This document shows, piece after piece, positions 1 to 10,739 of a DNA stretch of 20,000 nt. The notes beneath the pieces are model-generated. The model worked only from the letters and a program-made list of their open reading frames with translations, made no database searches and was not told the origin of the DNA. The position numbers and the translations under genes are program-made. The first letter of the stretch is position 1. Every line of letters starts with the position of its first letter. Source of the stretch: Atractiella rhizophila (lineage: Eukaryota); the NCBI GenBank assembly GCA_021432655.1, contig MU271185.1, positions 120,995 to 140,994 on the forward strand, in the 5' to 3' direction.

Positions 1-859
1 GATTGGCTTATGAATTGATCAGCCGCGGGAAACCTCCTCCTAACCTCGCACCTCGATGCAAGCTTTGAAGGCAGCGGTAGCAAGTGCCGCAACATGACGT
101 GCGTGTGTATGGCAGACTCCGTTCTTGAGAAGCGCCGTGTGCTCTGGACGGGGAGGGATGCCACGGCTTCGAAGTAATGCATTATAGCAGGGGACTGATG
201 CGTCCCTTCTCTTGCTCCCCGCTTCGGCCATCAATGAGATCGCCAGTCTCCGAGACAACACAAGACAACTGGTAGAATTCGATAGGAAGACAAATTTGTC
301 AATGATGCTCACAGAGCGTGAGTGAGAGTGAGAGTGAGTTAAGGTGAACTCGTTCCTTTCACATGACCCGCGGTGGTCATTCCCCTCATCCTCATTCTGT
401 GTCACGGCCTGTGGCAAGACAAAGAGAGCATGAGTTACATGCCATTACAACTGCAATATTCAGGTAACGAGAATGAATAGGCCGCTGTAAGAATGATGAC
501 ATAAACGAACAGTGTTACACACTTCGGTAATAATGCAACAGGATGTTCCGAGGATGCCCTACAGACATACTATGGACTTGTCCGCGTCAACAGGATACAA
601 TGTCCTTCAGCTGCCATCATGCGAATTCCTTCAACTTTAGCTGCCATACAAGCCTGACCACTCCGTAGGGCACTCACCTGGGATAGATACGAATAGACCG
701 CAAACAGCTACCCTTTACAACCCCATTTCCTTGTGATGGAACAGATCCCACACTCAAATATTGGTACTTGTAGTTCCAGAAGTAGTTCCCGTACTTTGCT
801 ATTAGAGAGATCGGTATTGCGGATGTACACGGTATTACATCACGTCCAAGGCGGGATCA

Positions 860-1561
860 CGCTGGCACTGAACCCTCGACATTCAGCTCAAGAACAACGC
901 GGCTGAAAATCGCTGGGCAAGAGTTACTGATCGAGAATTTGAGGAGAGTCTAAAACATGCTAACCATTTGGGAAAGGAGGAGGCAGCCATGGAGCGAAAT
1001 TTCACCAGTCGAACGCAGCCAAGGTCTCACTCGAAGCTTTGCTCGAAGGCTCCACCCTTACGGACGATTGGACAACAGATGCCGCCAGCAGTATTATAGG
1101 TCACGTCGTCCTATCCCCTATCTTAGAGTTCAGTGTTGGTGATGGCGACCATATTGAGGACTGGTCCATCGTGGAGATCGACTCTGCGAGCGTCGATTGG
1201 ACCAACGTGTAGGGAACGTCATCGACCTCGGTCCTCACATCCGTCATAGACATGACTTACGATGGAGCGATCCTCTTTCCGGTATCCCACGGACCGCCTC
1301 GTCGCCTTCCAAGGCATCCTCAACGATGAGGAGATGAGGAGTCCCAACCCCAAGACTGACGAGGACAGAAGGAGAACGATCCTGCCGTGATTCATATCAA
1401 GCGTGACAACAAGACGGTTTCACCGTTGGACGTCTCAACACCATCCGGTCCGTCATGCGATACAACTTCGAGGGAAACTCTGACAGTCCAGTCGAGAAGT
1501 CTCCATCTTGCCTCACTACTCAAAGTCTGGCCTCTGTTCCTTCTCTGAACCTGGGGATCCC
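860..1561 (+). pseudogene. Frameshifted remnant of a fungal trypsin-like (Ssy5/peptidase S64-like) serine peptidase
   Basis: Joining frames gives DWTTDAASSIIGHVVLSP...DWSIVEID...GNVIDLGP...FRYPTDRLVAFQGILNDEEMRSP...IKRDNK/GFTVGRLNTIRS...SFSEPGD. This matches the motif order I recall for this basidiomycete family (IGHVV.SP, DW.+++, GNV+DLG, KRG.TT..T.G, FS..GDSG). There are several frameshifts and stops, and similarity ends at GD. The 5' boundary is approximate. Confidence 0.7.
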
Positions 1562-2295
1562 AATATTCAGTATGTGCATCCAGCTGAAATATTGGAAAGA
1601 GCCGATAACCATGGCGATCATGATGGTTATGCTATTACGTGGATTATACAAGGTCCTGGTCAGTATTTGCCACATTTGGTGAACTCATCCTTCTTCTTAT
1701 TACAAAGTGGTGAGCATCATTTCTCAACAAATGGGAAGATGTGGACGATTTCTGCTCCACATCTTCAGAGTCTTCAACTTTTGCCCTCAACTGTGTGTCA
1801 TTAGTGACCAGTTGCAAGCCACCCGAGTCAGACTCAAGTGGATTATATGCGAATGTCCAGTGGGGAGTCATTTCTTACACCTTGTTGTTGGATCTCCTGG
1901 TCGTTTTAATTGACCCAAAACAAAATGTGGCATGGGACCTCCTTTGTTGATGTTTCCATACGAGAGGCAGAAACTTTTAATGCATGCTCTTCGATTTCCC
2001 ATCTGGTGAGGTGTAAAGAGATGCCACATGCCACACTTTTTGATTAATCCCTGCTAAGTGTCTTGCTCTTCTGACCTGCGGCGAGGATGTTGTTTGGCGA
2101 CATGAAATGTGGTACAGTAGAGGATATGATCAAAGACGGTTCTAGTTTACCCAAAGCGCTTGACTCCTTAGCCTGACACCTGCTTGTCTGTTTTCTGTCC
2201 CTCGAATTCAGTTGCAAGCCGCACACAGCGACCATTCCTCCGCTTTCCCTCCTCATCCGCAAGATATTCGTGATGAGCCGTCTCCCCACTCCATC

Positions 2296-2303
2296 TATAA
2301 AAA
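2296..2303 (+). promoter_or_regulatory. TATA box of the small secreted peptide gene
   Basis: TATAAAAA starts 84 nt upstream of ATG 2380 and is followed by a CT-rich then A-rich leader. Confidence 0.6.
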
Positions 2304-2379
2304 GCTCCTTTCCGGCCATAAAAGCGGATTTCTGTGGCCTTCTCCTTCCCAAGAAAAGCAAGAAACAAGAATCACAATC

Positions 2380-2626
2380 ATGAAGTTCTTGATCCCTCTC
2401 GCTAGCGTCTTTGTAACCCTACTCTCTATGGTTGCTGCCAACCCCGGCATGGAACTCCTTGAACACGGAGGCAAAAACGTCTGGGTCAAGAAAGAGTTGT
2501 TGGAGAAACGTTGCACTAAATGTGATCACGGTACCTGTGCACCTAGTTGCACCATTGTACGTGACTTCTTGCATATCATTCGACAGCCACGAATCTGAAT
2601 GGGTATCGTAGTGCATCGAGTGTTAG
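2380..2626 (+). CDS. Small secreted cysteine-rich prepropeptide, 63 aa; exons 2380-2556 and 2612-2626
   Basis: MKFLIPLASVFVTLLSMVAA (signal peptide) + NPGMELLEHGGKNVWVKKELLEKR (pro region ending in a Kex2-type KR) + CTKCDHGTCAPSCTI|CIEC*. The 55-nt intron 2557-2611 reads GTACGT...CTGAA...TAG, phase 0. Confidence 0.8.
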
Positions 2627-3520
2627 ACGTCAGGGCGCCAACGTTGATCACCACCCAAAGGACGTGCAGCAAGGACAAGATGTTCATCCACGTAACTTCT
2701 CACGACAGAGACAAATACTTATCCTATTGCATGCTGCTTGCTAAAATATGTAAAACATTCAAGAAACTCATCGGTGTAACCCACCTCTTGTTATGAAGTC
2801 GGTTCAAGCGAGCTTGTTACCTTAACATATGCATTCAGAGAGCTCACATTGACGCGAGGCGGGCTTCGTTGCCCAGGCGGCAGAGCACTTGTAAACAGTT
2901 ACTAATATCACTACCCCAATCTACCCGCGGTTTCTTCCCCGTGCTGTTTTGAAATGGTAAGGCAGCTGCGTGATCGACGAGGAAACAGGACAACGTCGTG
3001 TCAGTTTATGCAAACGCCTAGGGAGGCAAATCTTTGGTCGATTGGAGGAGGAAGACGACTTGGTCCAAATCAGTTCTGATTTCATTGTCGAACAGTTTCG
3101 CTGATGTGGAATGACTTGCTCCGATCTGCTTCCTCCACATCTTTCAACTCCTTAACCACCTCACCCGTCGAAGTTGTTTCCTGTACTTACAAGCTCCACT
3201 ATCGTCATTCTCTTTCCCCTCGGGTCAACCAAGCAGTTGCAGTTCATGTGCCATGGCACAGACGTTGAGTTGGTGGCAAAGTCTGAAGCATCAGTGCTCC
3301 ACTCCACTCATTGTATGGACTTGCTTGACCGAGTGCCAGTCAATTGTCCAAGCCATTGCTCTCGGTTCGATCAAGAACCCCGCTCAGCTCTCCGACATTG
3401 CATTGAAGGGAGTGAGTTAGACGCAGCCTCGGAAGGGTAGATCTCGCGGGAAAGGAAAACAAACGAAAGCGAAGACACGATGCCCATTGGCAGCTTGGGT
3501 TTGATAGAACGAAGAAAAGA

Positions 3521-3526
3521 TATAAA
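3521..3526 (+). promoter_or_regulatory. TATA box of the ALDH gene
   Basis: TATAAA starts 83 nt upstream of ATG 3604 and is followed by a CT-rich tract. Confidence 0.55.
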
Positions 3527-3603
3527 GCCCAACATCTCTCTCATTTCCCTCATCGTAAATTACTTGGATGTCCTCTCTCTCTTCCATAAGAGCACATAAC
3601 AAA

Positions 3604-5714
3604 ATGTCCCCTCCAACAGTCAATCTCAGCTTTCACGGTGGCGCCGTCAAGTCTAGCACATTTTCAGGAGGTATGGTTCCTAACATTCGTGTAAGGTCTT
3701 GCCTCATTTGCATATTACAGGACTTTTCATAAATAATGAATTTGTCTCATCCGAGAGTGGTAAAACGTTCCAAGTCGCCAACCCTTCCACAGGAAAGCCT
3801 ATCGCTGAGGTATCTGAAGCATCTGGTAGGGCATTATAAGCTCTCAGTGAGCTTATCACACAATGCGGTACTAAAGCCACATTTCATGTAGCGAAAGATG
3901 TCGATACTGCCGTCGACGCTGCTGAATATGCATTTAAGAATGTCTGGGGAGAAAAAGTACCGGGATATGAAAGAGGCAAGATGCTCTTTGCTCTCGCTGA
4001 GGCATTGGAAAAGAATGCGGACGAATTGGCAGCTATTGAGGTCAGTTGATTGTGAGAGCAAAAGAGCAAGAGTATCTGACGAACAAAACAGAGTCTTGAC
4101 AATGGCAAAGCTATTGTATTCGCCAAATATGTCGATATTACAGAAGCTGCATCCGTATTTCGATATTACGGAGGATGGGCAGACAAGAATCATGGTCAAG
4201 TTATCGAGGTAAATGACCAGAAGCTGGCTTACACTCGACACGAGCCTATCGGAGTCTGCGGTCAGATTATTCCTTGGAACTTCCCTGTACGTTGTGCTCA
4301 CAGGTCCATCTCCCTATCTGACGATACGATAGATTCTTATGTTTAGCTGGAAACTGGCTCCTGCTTTGGCTACTGGGAATACCGTGGTCCTCAAAACCGC
4401 AGGTAATTGTCTTTCCTACAACTCCCTTTTAACAAGCAAAAGTTGACGCAAGAGCGTACCAGAGCAAACCCCTCTCTCGGCTCTCAAGATTTGTGAATAC
4501 ATTGCCCAAATCTTCCCTCCGGGAGTCGTCAACGTTCTCTCTGGATTTGGACCAGTGGCAGGAGCGGCAATTGCCTCGCACATGAAAATCGAGGTTTGTC
4601 TCTCGCTGCACCTTTCATTCAGCAGAAGAAAGTGACAATATATTCGATGGAACAGAAAGTCGCTTTCACTGGTTCGACTCTTACTGGACGGACAATCATG
4701 AAAGCTGCGGCAGCGTCAAATCTGAAGAAAGTAACACTTGAGCTGGGCGGAAAGTCTCCAAACATCATCTTTGACGATGCGGATCTCGACCAAGCTGTTA
4801 AATGGTCTTCCTTCGGGCTGTTCTTCAACGGAGGCCAATGTTGTCGTGCGTATTATATCTCGTCCTGAACGGATACAATGACTTATTGCGGGGCTGGCTG
4901 CAGATGCTGGTTCCAGAGTCTACGTCCAAGAGACGATTTATGACAAGTTCATGGAAAAGTTCGTAGCACATGTCAAGAGTCTGAAAGTCGGAGATCCATT
5001 CCAACAAGATACATTTCAAGGGCCGCAAGTCTCGCAATTGCAGTTTGACAGGATTATGAATTACATCAAGATTGGAAAGGAGGAAGGCGCGACTGCTCTC
5101 ATCGGTGGAGAGAGGCATGGAAGTAAGTACTTTGGTGAATCGTTACAGCTTTGGCGCTGACAGTTGGTTTAAGATGAGGGTTACTTTATCCAACCGACAA
5201 TATTTTCGGAGTCAGTACCTCGAATTTGGATAATGGAGGTGTGAGCACTGATACGTTCGCCTTCATAGCGTCAAACCCGATCATAAGATCATGCGGGAAG
5301 AGATCTTCGGTGCGCTGCTTCACTCTTATTGTAGACGCAACAGGCCTGATATTCCCTACACAGGACCTGTCGTAGCGGTTGCCAAGTTCAAAGACGAGGA
5401 GGACATAATCAAGCAAGCAAACGACAGCTTCTACGGTCTCGCAGCTGCCGTCTTCAGCAAAGACATCAATCGAGCCATCACTACGGCCCATCGTCTGCAG
5501 AGTGGAACTGTCTGGGTGAACCAGTACAGCATACTGCACACTCAGATGCCTTTTGGTGGGTATAAACAAAGCGGAATAGGGAGGGAGCTAGGGGAGTATG
5601 GTTTACAGAATTATACCGCCGTAAAGGGTACGCACAACTCTTCTCCGAGGTGTCTTCGCTAATTAATTTGCGACAGCCGTCCATGTCAATTTGGGAGCTC
5701 CAGCGCCAGTGTAA
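3604..5714 (+). CDS. aldA: NAD(P)+-dependent aldehyde dehydrogenase, ALDH1/2 family (aldA-like), 12 exons, about 501 aa
   Basis: GT-AG introns at 3671-3720, 3826-3891, 4041-4091, 4287-4332, 4403-4462, 4594-4655, 4846-4903, 5123-5173, 5211-5268, 5310-5363 and 5628-5676 give a 1506-nt CDS. Motifs: [44 protein letters not shown] (catalytic Glu), FNGGQCCHAGSR (catalytic Cys), [21 protein letters not shown]. The symbol reflects family, not proven orthology. Confidence 0.97.
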
Positions 5715-6644
5715 ATGGTGTTACGTTGCTCAATCGTGAAGGCCCTCAAGTGAGCTGCAGAAATATATCCCATAAATTGATACTCGTCCTTGTACTCACA
5801 CGTTCTCGTTTTGGATTTGTAGCAACAATATTTCCAGATTGTTTCCATAAAGAACCTCACACTTCAACACTTGATTCATCCTAAGGCTGTTCTGAGTTAA
5901 AGGCGGTAAAAGCACCTTGCAACTTGTCTTTAACATCAACCTGGATGCTCACTAGGCAACTAAGTATGCGCCTTCTATGGCAAAGGCCAATCGTTCCATC
6001 TCCCATTGACCCCATGTTCTTCGCCGTTCAATGGTCGAATTCAACAACTTCAAGTTGAGCCTGAAAGCAATCACACGGGTTGCAACGGCAGAGAGCTTTG
6101 GCTGGCTTCCTCCGTTGATATAGCTGAAAAGGTTGAGAATGCTCATTCCTGCGCTTCTCAGCCTTGCCGAATCGGACTAATTAACTAGACTGCGCCATTG
6201 AAGCAACGGTTTTCAACCTGCCGCAAACGTATACAAGCGCACTAAATTGCTCAGGAGGTTTTGATAATAGACTAGTGGACGTAAATATCCTCAGCCAGCT
6301 TGTGAATGATTACTTTGCTTAAAGAAGATATCTTGCCACACACCTTCATTCACCCAGGGCCGCTAGAAAGAGTCCACCCTTCATGGATCCATTTGCAGCG
6401 TCAGATACAATCTCTTAACAGACGGAAATTAGGAAATTGTTTCAGCGACGTCAGAAAGTAAGCTGTTGGTCGTAATTGGAGCATAGTTGATGCAACGTTG
6501 ATGTGCTCCTGCCGGAACCAAAGTCGCCCTGCAACGACCAAAGGAACGACCAACTTCACTTTCATTCCTTCAACATCGCTCGAAACTTCAAACCAACATA
6601 ATAAAGACTAACGACGTCGTGGGCGTCTAATCACCACCTCCGCC

Positions 6645-8561
6645 ATGTCACTGTCGCTCAAGCGGCCACCACCACCTCCCCTCCGTTCACCGCCCAAACT
6701 CTTCACCATCATCGAGCCATATCCCTCCCTCCTTATCGTATCCGTCATATCCTTCTCCCTACACTTCTCGCTCAACTCGACCCTAGCCGGACTATATCCG
6801 AACGATGAGGTGCTGGCGGAAATGGAGGATCGGGTCAAGGGAGAGATTTGGAGGTTCACCGTTGGAGCGGGGAGACTGATTTGTTTCGTTGGGATGGCGG
6901 TGGCTTGTGTAGGAGTGTGGGGGGCTGTTAAGGTGAGCTTTGTCCTTATTCCAGCTGGGGAAATCCGAAATAGCCACACATTTGTTTTGTTATGCAGAGA
7001 GTTGAGATTTGTGCTCCTCCTTCCCTTACATGGGATGGACGCTTAAGAGAAATACATGTCGAAATGAGTGCGAGAAGGAATCTTTTTGCCTTTCTAGAGC
7101 TCGTTGCGCTATTCCTTTGCGGTAGCGGAATGATCTACTGACTCCTGACTGCCCGTCCAGTTAGCAGCAGTGGGGAAGGTTCCAAGCCCAGCAATCAGCT
7201 GCTTTGCGTGCAGCTCGTTGATTTTGGGGGTAACATCCTCGCTCTGACGCTTGTCATGATGCTGAGGGAAACACCTTGCCCCTTCTTCCCTGACCTTGGC
7301 GTACTGCTATTTTCGGCCTCTTCAGTCAGCTCGGCGTACATTTTTGCTCTCTTCAAACCCCGATTTTGCTTTCTTCAATATAGATTCTAATTCATTGCTA
7401 CAGGACAACCTAGCCTCTCTCCGAATCTTTGCTCTGCACTCCTTCATCACCCTCTTCCTCTCCACTCTCTCCATCACTTCCCTTCTCTTCCTATCCCTCC
7501 TCCCACCCGACCACGCAATCTCCCAATCCTTCTCATCCTTCCTCTGCACCGAACTCACCGAAGGCGACCTCTTCGCCCACTCCTCCACCTCCGCTCCCCA
7601 CGCTCCAAACAACGCACCGTGGTTCTTCGACCTCGACTCCGACACGCTCGGCTGGGGCATCGAGAGCTGCGAAGAGCGCTGGCGCTCCACCCTCGGTTTT
7701 GGGGCGCTTTTACTCCTCATCGTACTCGCGGTGTTGGGACATGGTGTATGGGTCGTGTGGGGATATTATCGTCTTGCGTCGGCGAGAAAGGTCTGGGGAT
7801 CGTCAACCGAGGTCGGGGGTGCTGTTAGGTTGGGAGGATACAATCCGGTCCATCGTCGTACGCGTAGTCGGAGTCGAAGCACGAGTGCGAGTGGGAGCGG
7901 GTCGTCTTCTGGTGGTGGGAGACACACGAAGGATAGGAGTCGGAGTACTGCTATGGATCTGTCCCTCTCCAATGGAGATGGAAAGGCACCGCGAATCCTC
8001 CTGCTCCCTCCTCACACAGACGTCTCTTCCCTCTCATCCACTTCCGCGACTACTGGTGGAGCGTATACGGACGAACCCGCCTCGTTCTCGTTCAAGCTCA
8101 CCCCCGCCTCCCCGGAGGCGAAGAGGGACTCCTTCCCCCCTCTCCCCCACGCCCACTCCCACTCCCACTCCCACTCCCCCCACTCCTCAAGCACCCGCCA
8201 ACGCTCCGGCTCCTCCCCCGCCTCGACCAGACAAGAATACGTCGTCTACGCTCCGATCCACATCACGATGCAAGAAGCTATGGCGCTCAACGCCCGCGAA
8301 GCTTTCGTCTCATCCCCCTCGAATTCCCCATCCATACAACCCGCCGCAACTGGGTTGAATTACTTCACTTCGCCGCCGAGGACGACGGCGAACCCGTTGA
8401 GTGGGGGAAGCGGTGAGTCGACGCCGAAGGAGAAGGGCAGGAATAGGAGCGACTCCGCCGCGACGGTTGTGGCGTCCAGTTCGGCGGCGAGGAATCAGGG
8501 GGCTGGACAGGAGTTGCCGAGGTATGATGAGCTCCAGGCGGGCGAGAAGAGGGTTTATTGA
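6645..8561 (+). CDS. Four-transmembrane (tetraspanin-like topology) protein with a long Ser/Pro/Arg-rich C-terminal tail, about 481 aa; exons 6645-6932 and 7404-8561
   Basis: Phase-0 intron GTGAGC(6933)...CTAAT...CAG(7403) joins WGAVK to DNLASLRIF. There are two hydrophobic segments per exon, a loop with two Cys (FLCTEL...ESCEERW) between TM3 and TM4, and a low-complexity tail ending LPRYDELQAGEKRVY. Confidence 0.8.
7056..7346 (+). ncRNA. Candidate structured intronic RNA element, family not identified
   Basis: Consecutive hairpins at 7101-7133, 7134-7174, 7187-7228 and 7236-7268, a closing helix 7172-7180/7273-7282, and a terminal helix 7056-7062/7331-7337 followed by ACA and TTTTT. It lies in an intron about 8 times longer than the others in the window. 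Confidence 0.4.
8154..8177 (+). repeat. (CACTCC)4 coding microsatellite (His-Ser repeat)
   Basis: Direct reading; encodes HSHSHSHS. Confidence 0.9.
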
Positions 8562-9184
8562 TGTGGAATGATGGAAGATGGAAGATGATGCTTGGTGCTT
8601 GTGTTGGTGATAGCTGATCGGAGGTGAGTGTATAGTGTATATTTATCCGTGGAGTAGTTAGTAAATTGATGGTTCGACATTACTTGGATTTGTCATAAGT
8701 TACCTCTTATGAAGCATTGTCAATATCGCTTTGTCCCTTTGATCTGAGTCAGATGGGTTGAAATTGGAAATGGGAACAAAGCCCAGGTGGACTATTCTCT
8801 CCCTTTGTTTTTACTTCAGATGTCCTCTTCTCTGAAAGGTGAGATGTCGACGTAGAGGTTAAGTGTTATGGATGCTGCTAGTAGGAAAAATTTTGAAAGG
8901 CTAGCTGTGTGTTTGTGACCCTTGCAGTTCACCGCGCCTCGTCTTTCTTCTGGTAGCTATTACGATGGGCATTTTCAGCATTGTCCGCCGTAAAGTGTTG
9001 CTTCTGGTTTCTAAAAGCCAATACAGGAATGCTGAACAAAACAGCAGTCTGACGGCTATATTGTCTAATTCTTCAAGGTCAGTCAAAAATCTCATAACCT
9101 TCTTTCGAAGCCTCCCAAAGGTTGTCTCAACCAATACGTCTAACACTTCCTATCAAAAGATCTACAACCCTGTTAACGTTGTAA

Positions 9185-9340
9185 CTCTACCCATAGCGTT
9201 CCTGAAGGACAACAAGCTGTGAACAAAGAGAAGGATCCCATTCACGTTCCTTTGAGCTGTCAGTACAAAGGCAATCTGGCTCATACCTAGCTCTACCATG
9301 TCTTTCCTCAAGGGCAACAAGGCTCTGGACAAAGAGCAGG
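9185..9340. repeat. Degenerate direct repeat of about 50 bp (9185-9234 and 9291-9340)
   Basis: CTCTACCCATAGCGTTCCTGAAGGACAACAA-GCTGTGAACAAAGAGAAGG aligns with CTCTA-CCATGTCTTTCCTCAAGGGCAACAAGGCTCTGGACAAAGAGCAGG. Confidence 0.75.
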
Positions 9341-9404
9341 GTGACATCCGTAGTCACTATAAGAAGCAGGAGCGACTGCCTCCGTTCCAAACAACATACT
9401 GAAA

Positions 9405-10690
9405 ATGTCCCTCCTCGACCTCCCGAACGAGCTTCTAAACGAAATAGCTAGTCATCTCTCCGTGTCCAACTGTATCGATCTCAGTTGCTGTAACTGGGGT
9501 TTACGACAAGCTCTACTTTCCCAAATATTTCGAACATTGGCCTTTAACACGACGTGGTGGGAGTCAGATACACAGTTCGAAGACCTCCCGCACTGCATTT
9601 TACAGAAAGTTCGGTGTCTGAGCATACGCTTCGAGTTATGGGACGACATTGACCGTCTGCTTCGTGATGTCAAAAATTGCACTGTCACTCTGCAACATTT
9701 ACTAAGGACCGACCGAGTTGACCCTTTATCGATCCAACGGATTTGCTTCGAGGTAGAAGCTGACATGTTGGGGTTGAGGTTTCTGGACGACGAAGACGAC
9801 GTCCAATTAAATCTCCGCAAGCGACGCAATGCTGACGATGAGTTGGCTTTTGATGCCCGCAAGCTCTTTGAGACATTGAATGTATGTCCGGCTTTCGACC
9901 TCTCCTTCAGAGAACACCGCCCTCTGTTTCTAGATCCAGCCGACCCATCGAATGACTTGTTTCTCCACCTTCTTCAAGCAGCATGTTCCTCTGCGAGTGC
10001 TATAAAGAACATAATGGTTCAGACTCCGTCCATAAAGGGACCCTTTTTAAAAAGCCTTTCGGATCGAAAGAGATCACTGGACAAATTGCACATCAGGTCT
10101 TCTGCTTCTTCGCCCATAGTAACCGCCGATGCGACCAGCAAAGATATGGAATTTGGGGCAAAGGAACTCATTCTCGAAGGCAGGGGCCATCTCTGTGAAC
10201 TGCCCATCGATTTAATGGTCGAATGCAGCCAGGCTTCCCTCCAGACTCTGAAACTCGACTCTTTCATATTCTTCCCACCTTTCTCAATCCCACGATGTTC
10301 CGCCTCAAAGTTGACATCTCTCACCATCACCAACATGTTGCAACACTTAAGCTTCGATGCTATCTCTGAAATTCTCCGCTACTTTTCTACGTGTCCCATC
10401 GAGGATTTCACTTTCTTTTCTGAAGGAACACATCATATGGTTGTCGAATTCAAAAACAGTCTCGCGACTAAAGCTGTCATTCAATGTCTTTACTCGCTGA
10501 GAATCCAAGACAGATCCTGGAAGACGCTCCAACGCTTGAATATCGCGGACGTGCGTCTGAAAGACGATCTGACCAAGGTATCTTTGCTCGCACTCACAAA
10601 GGATGGGGTGACAGTTCGGAGCCACAAAGGACACGGACGTTGGATGCAAGTTTCTTGCTCAGATGGCGATTCCCCAACGAAGAAGTCGTC

Positions 10691-10739
<49 letters not shown>

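Noticed and set aside
40..417. 125-aa minus-strand ORF with a short (GAGTGA)n repeat
   Set aside because: Non-ATG start, no recognisable domain, and it sits at the window edge.
2212..2598. 128-aa ORF in the supplied track
   Set aside because: It starts at a non-ATG codon upstream of the TATA box and reads into the intron. The spliced 63-aa model fits better.
2380..5714. Peptide gene plus ALDH as a RiPP-like biosynthetic cluster
   Set aside because: The precursor has a single core with no repeats, no DUF3328/UstYa or other tailoring enzyme is nearby, and the ALDH looks like a general metabolic enzyme.
7176..7190. GGTTCCAAGCCC resembles the twister ribozyme L4 loop
   Set aside because: P4 would have only 2 bp, and the UAA cleavage strand and P1/P2 elements are not in a valid order.
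7311..7325. Minus strand CUGAAGA-GGCC-GAAA resembles a minimal hammerhead ribozyme core
   Set aside because: No compatible stem III or NUH cleavage triplet could be placed next to the available stem I pairing.
6933..7403. TPP riboswitch, U1/U2/U4/U5 snRNA, snR30/U17, RNase P/MRP or telomerase RNA as the identity of the intronic structure
   Set aside because: The diagnostic motifs (TPP CUGAGA and GAUAA elements, ACUUACC, GUAGUA, GCCUUUUAC, AAACCAU, P4 consensus, telomeric template) were not found by eye.
7429..8358. 309-aa overlapping ORF and antisense ORFs in the 4-TM gene
   Set aside because: These are off-frame shadows of C-rich, low-complexity coding sequence.
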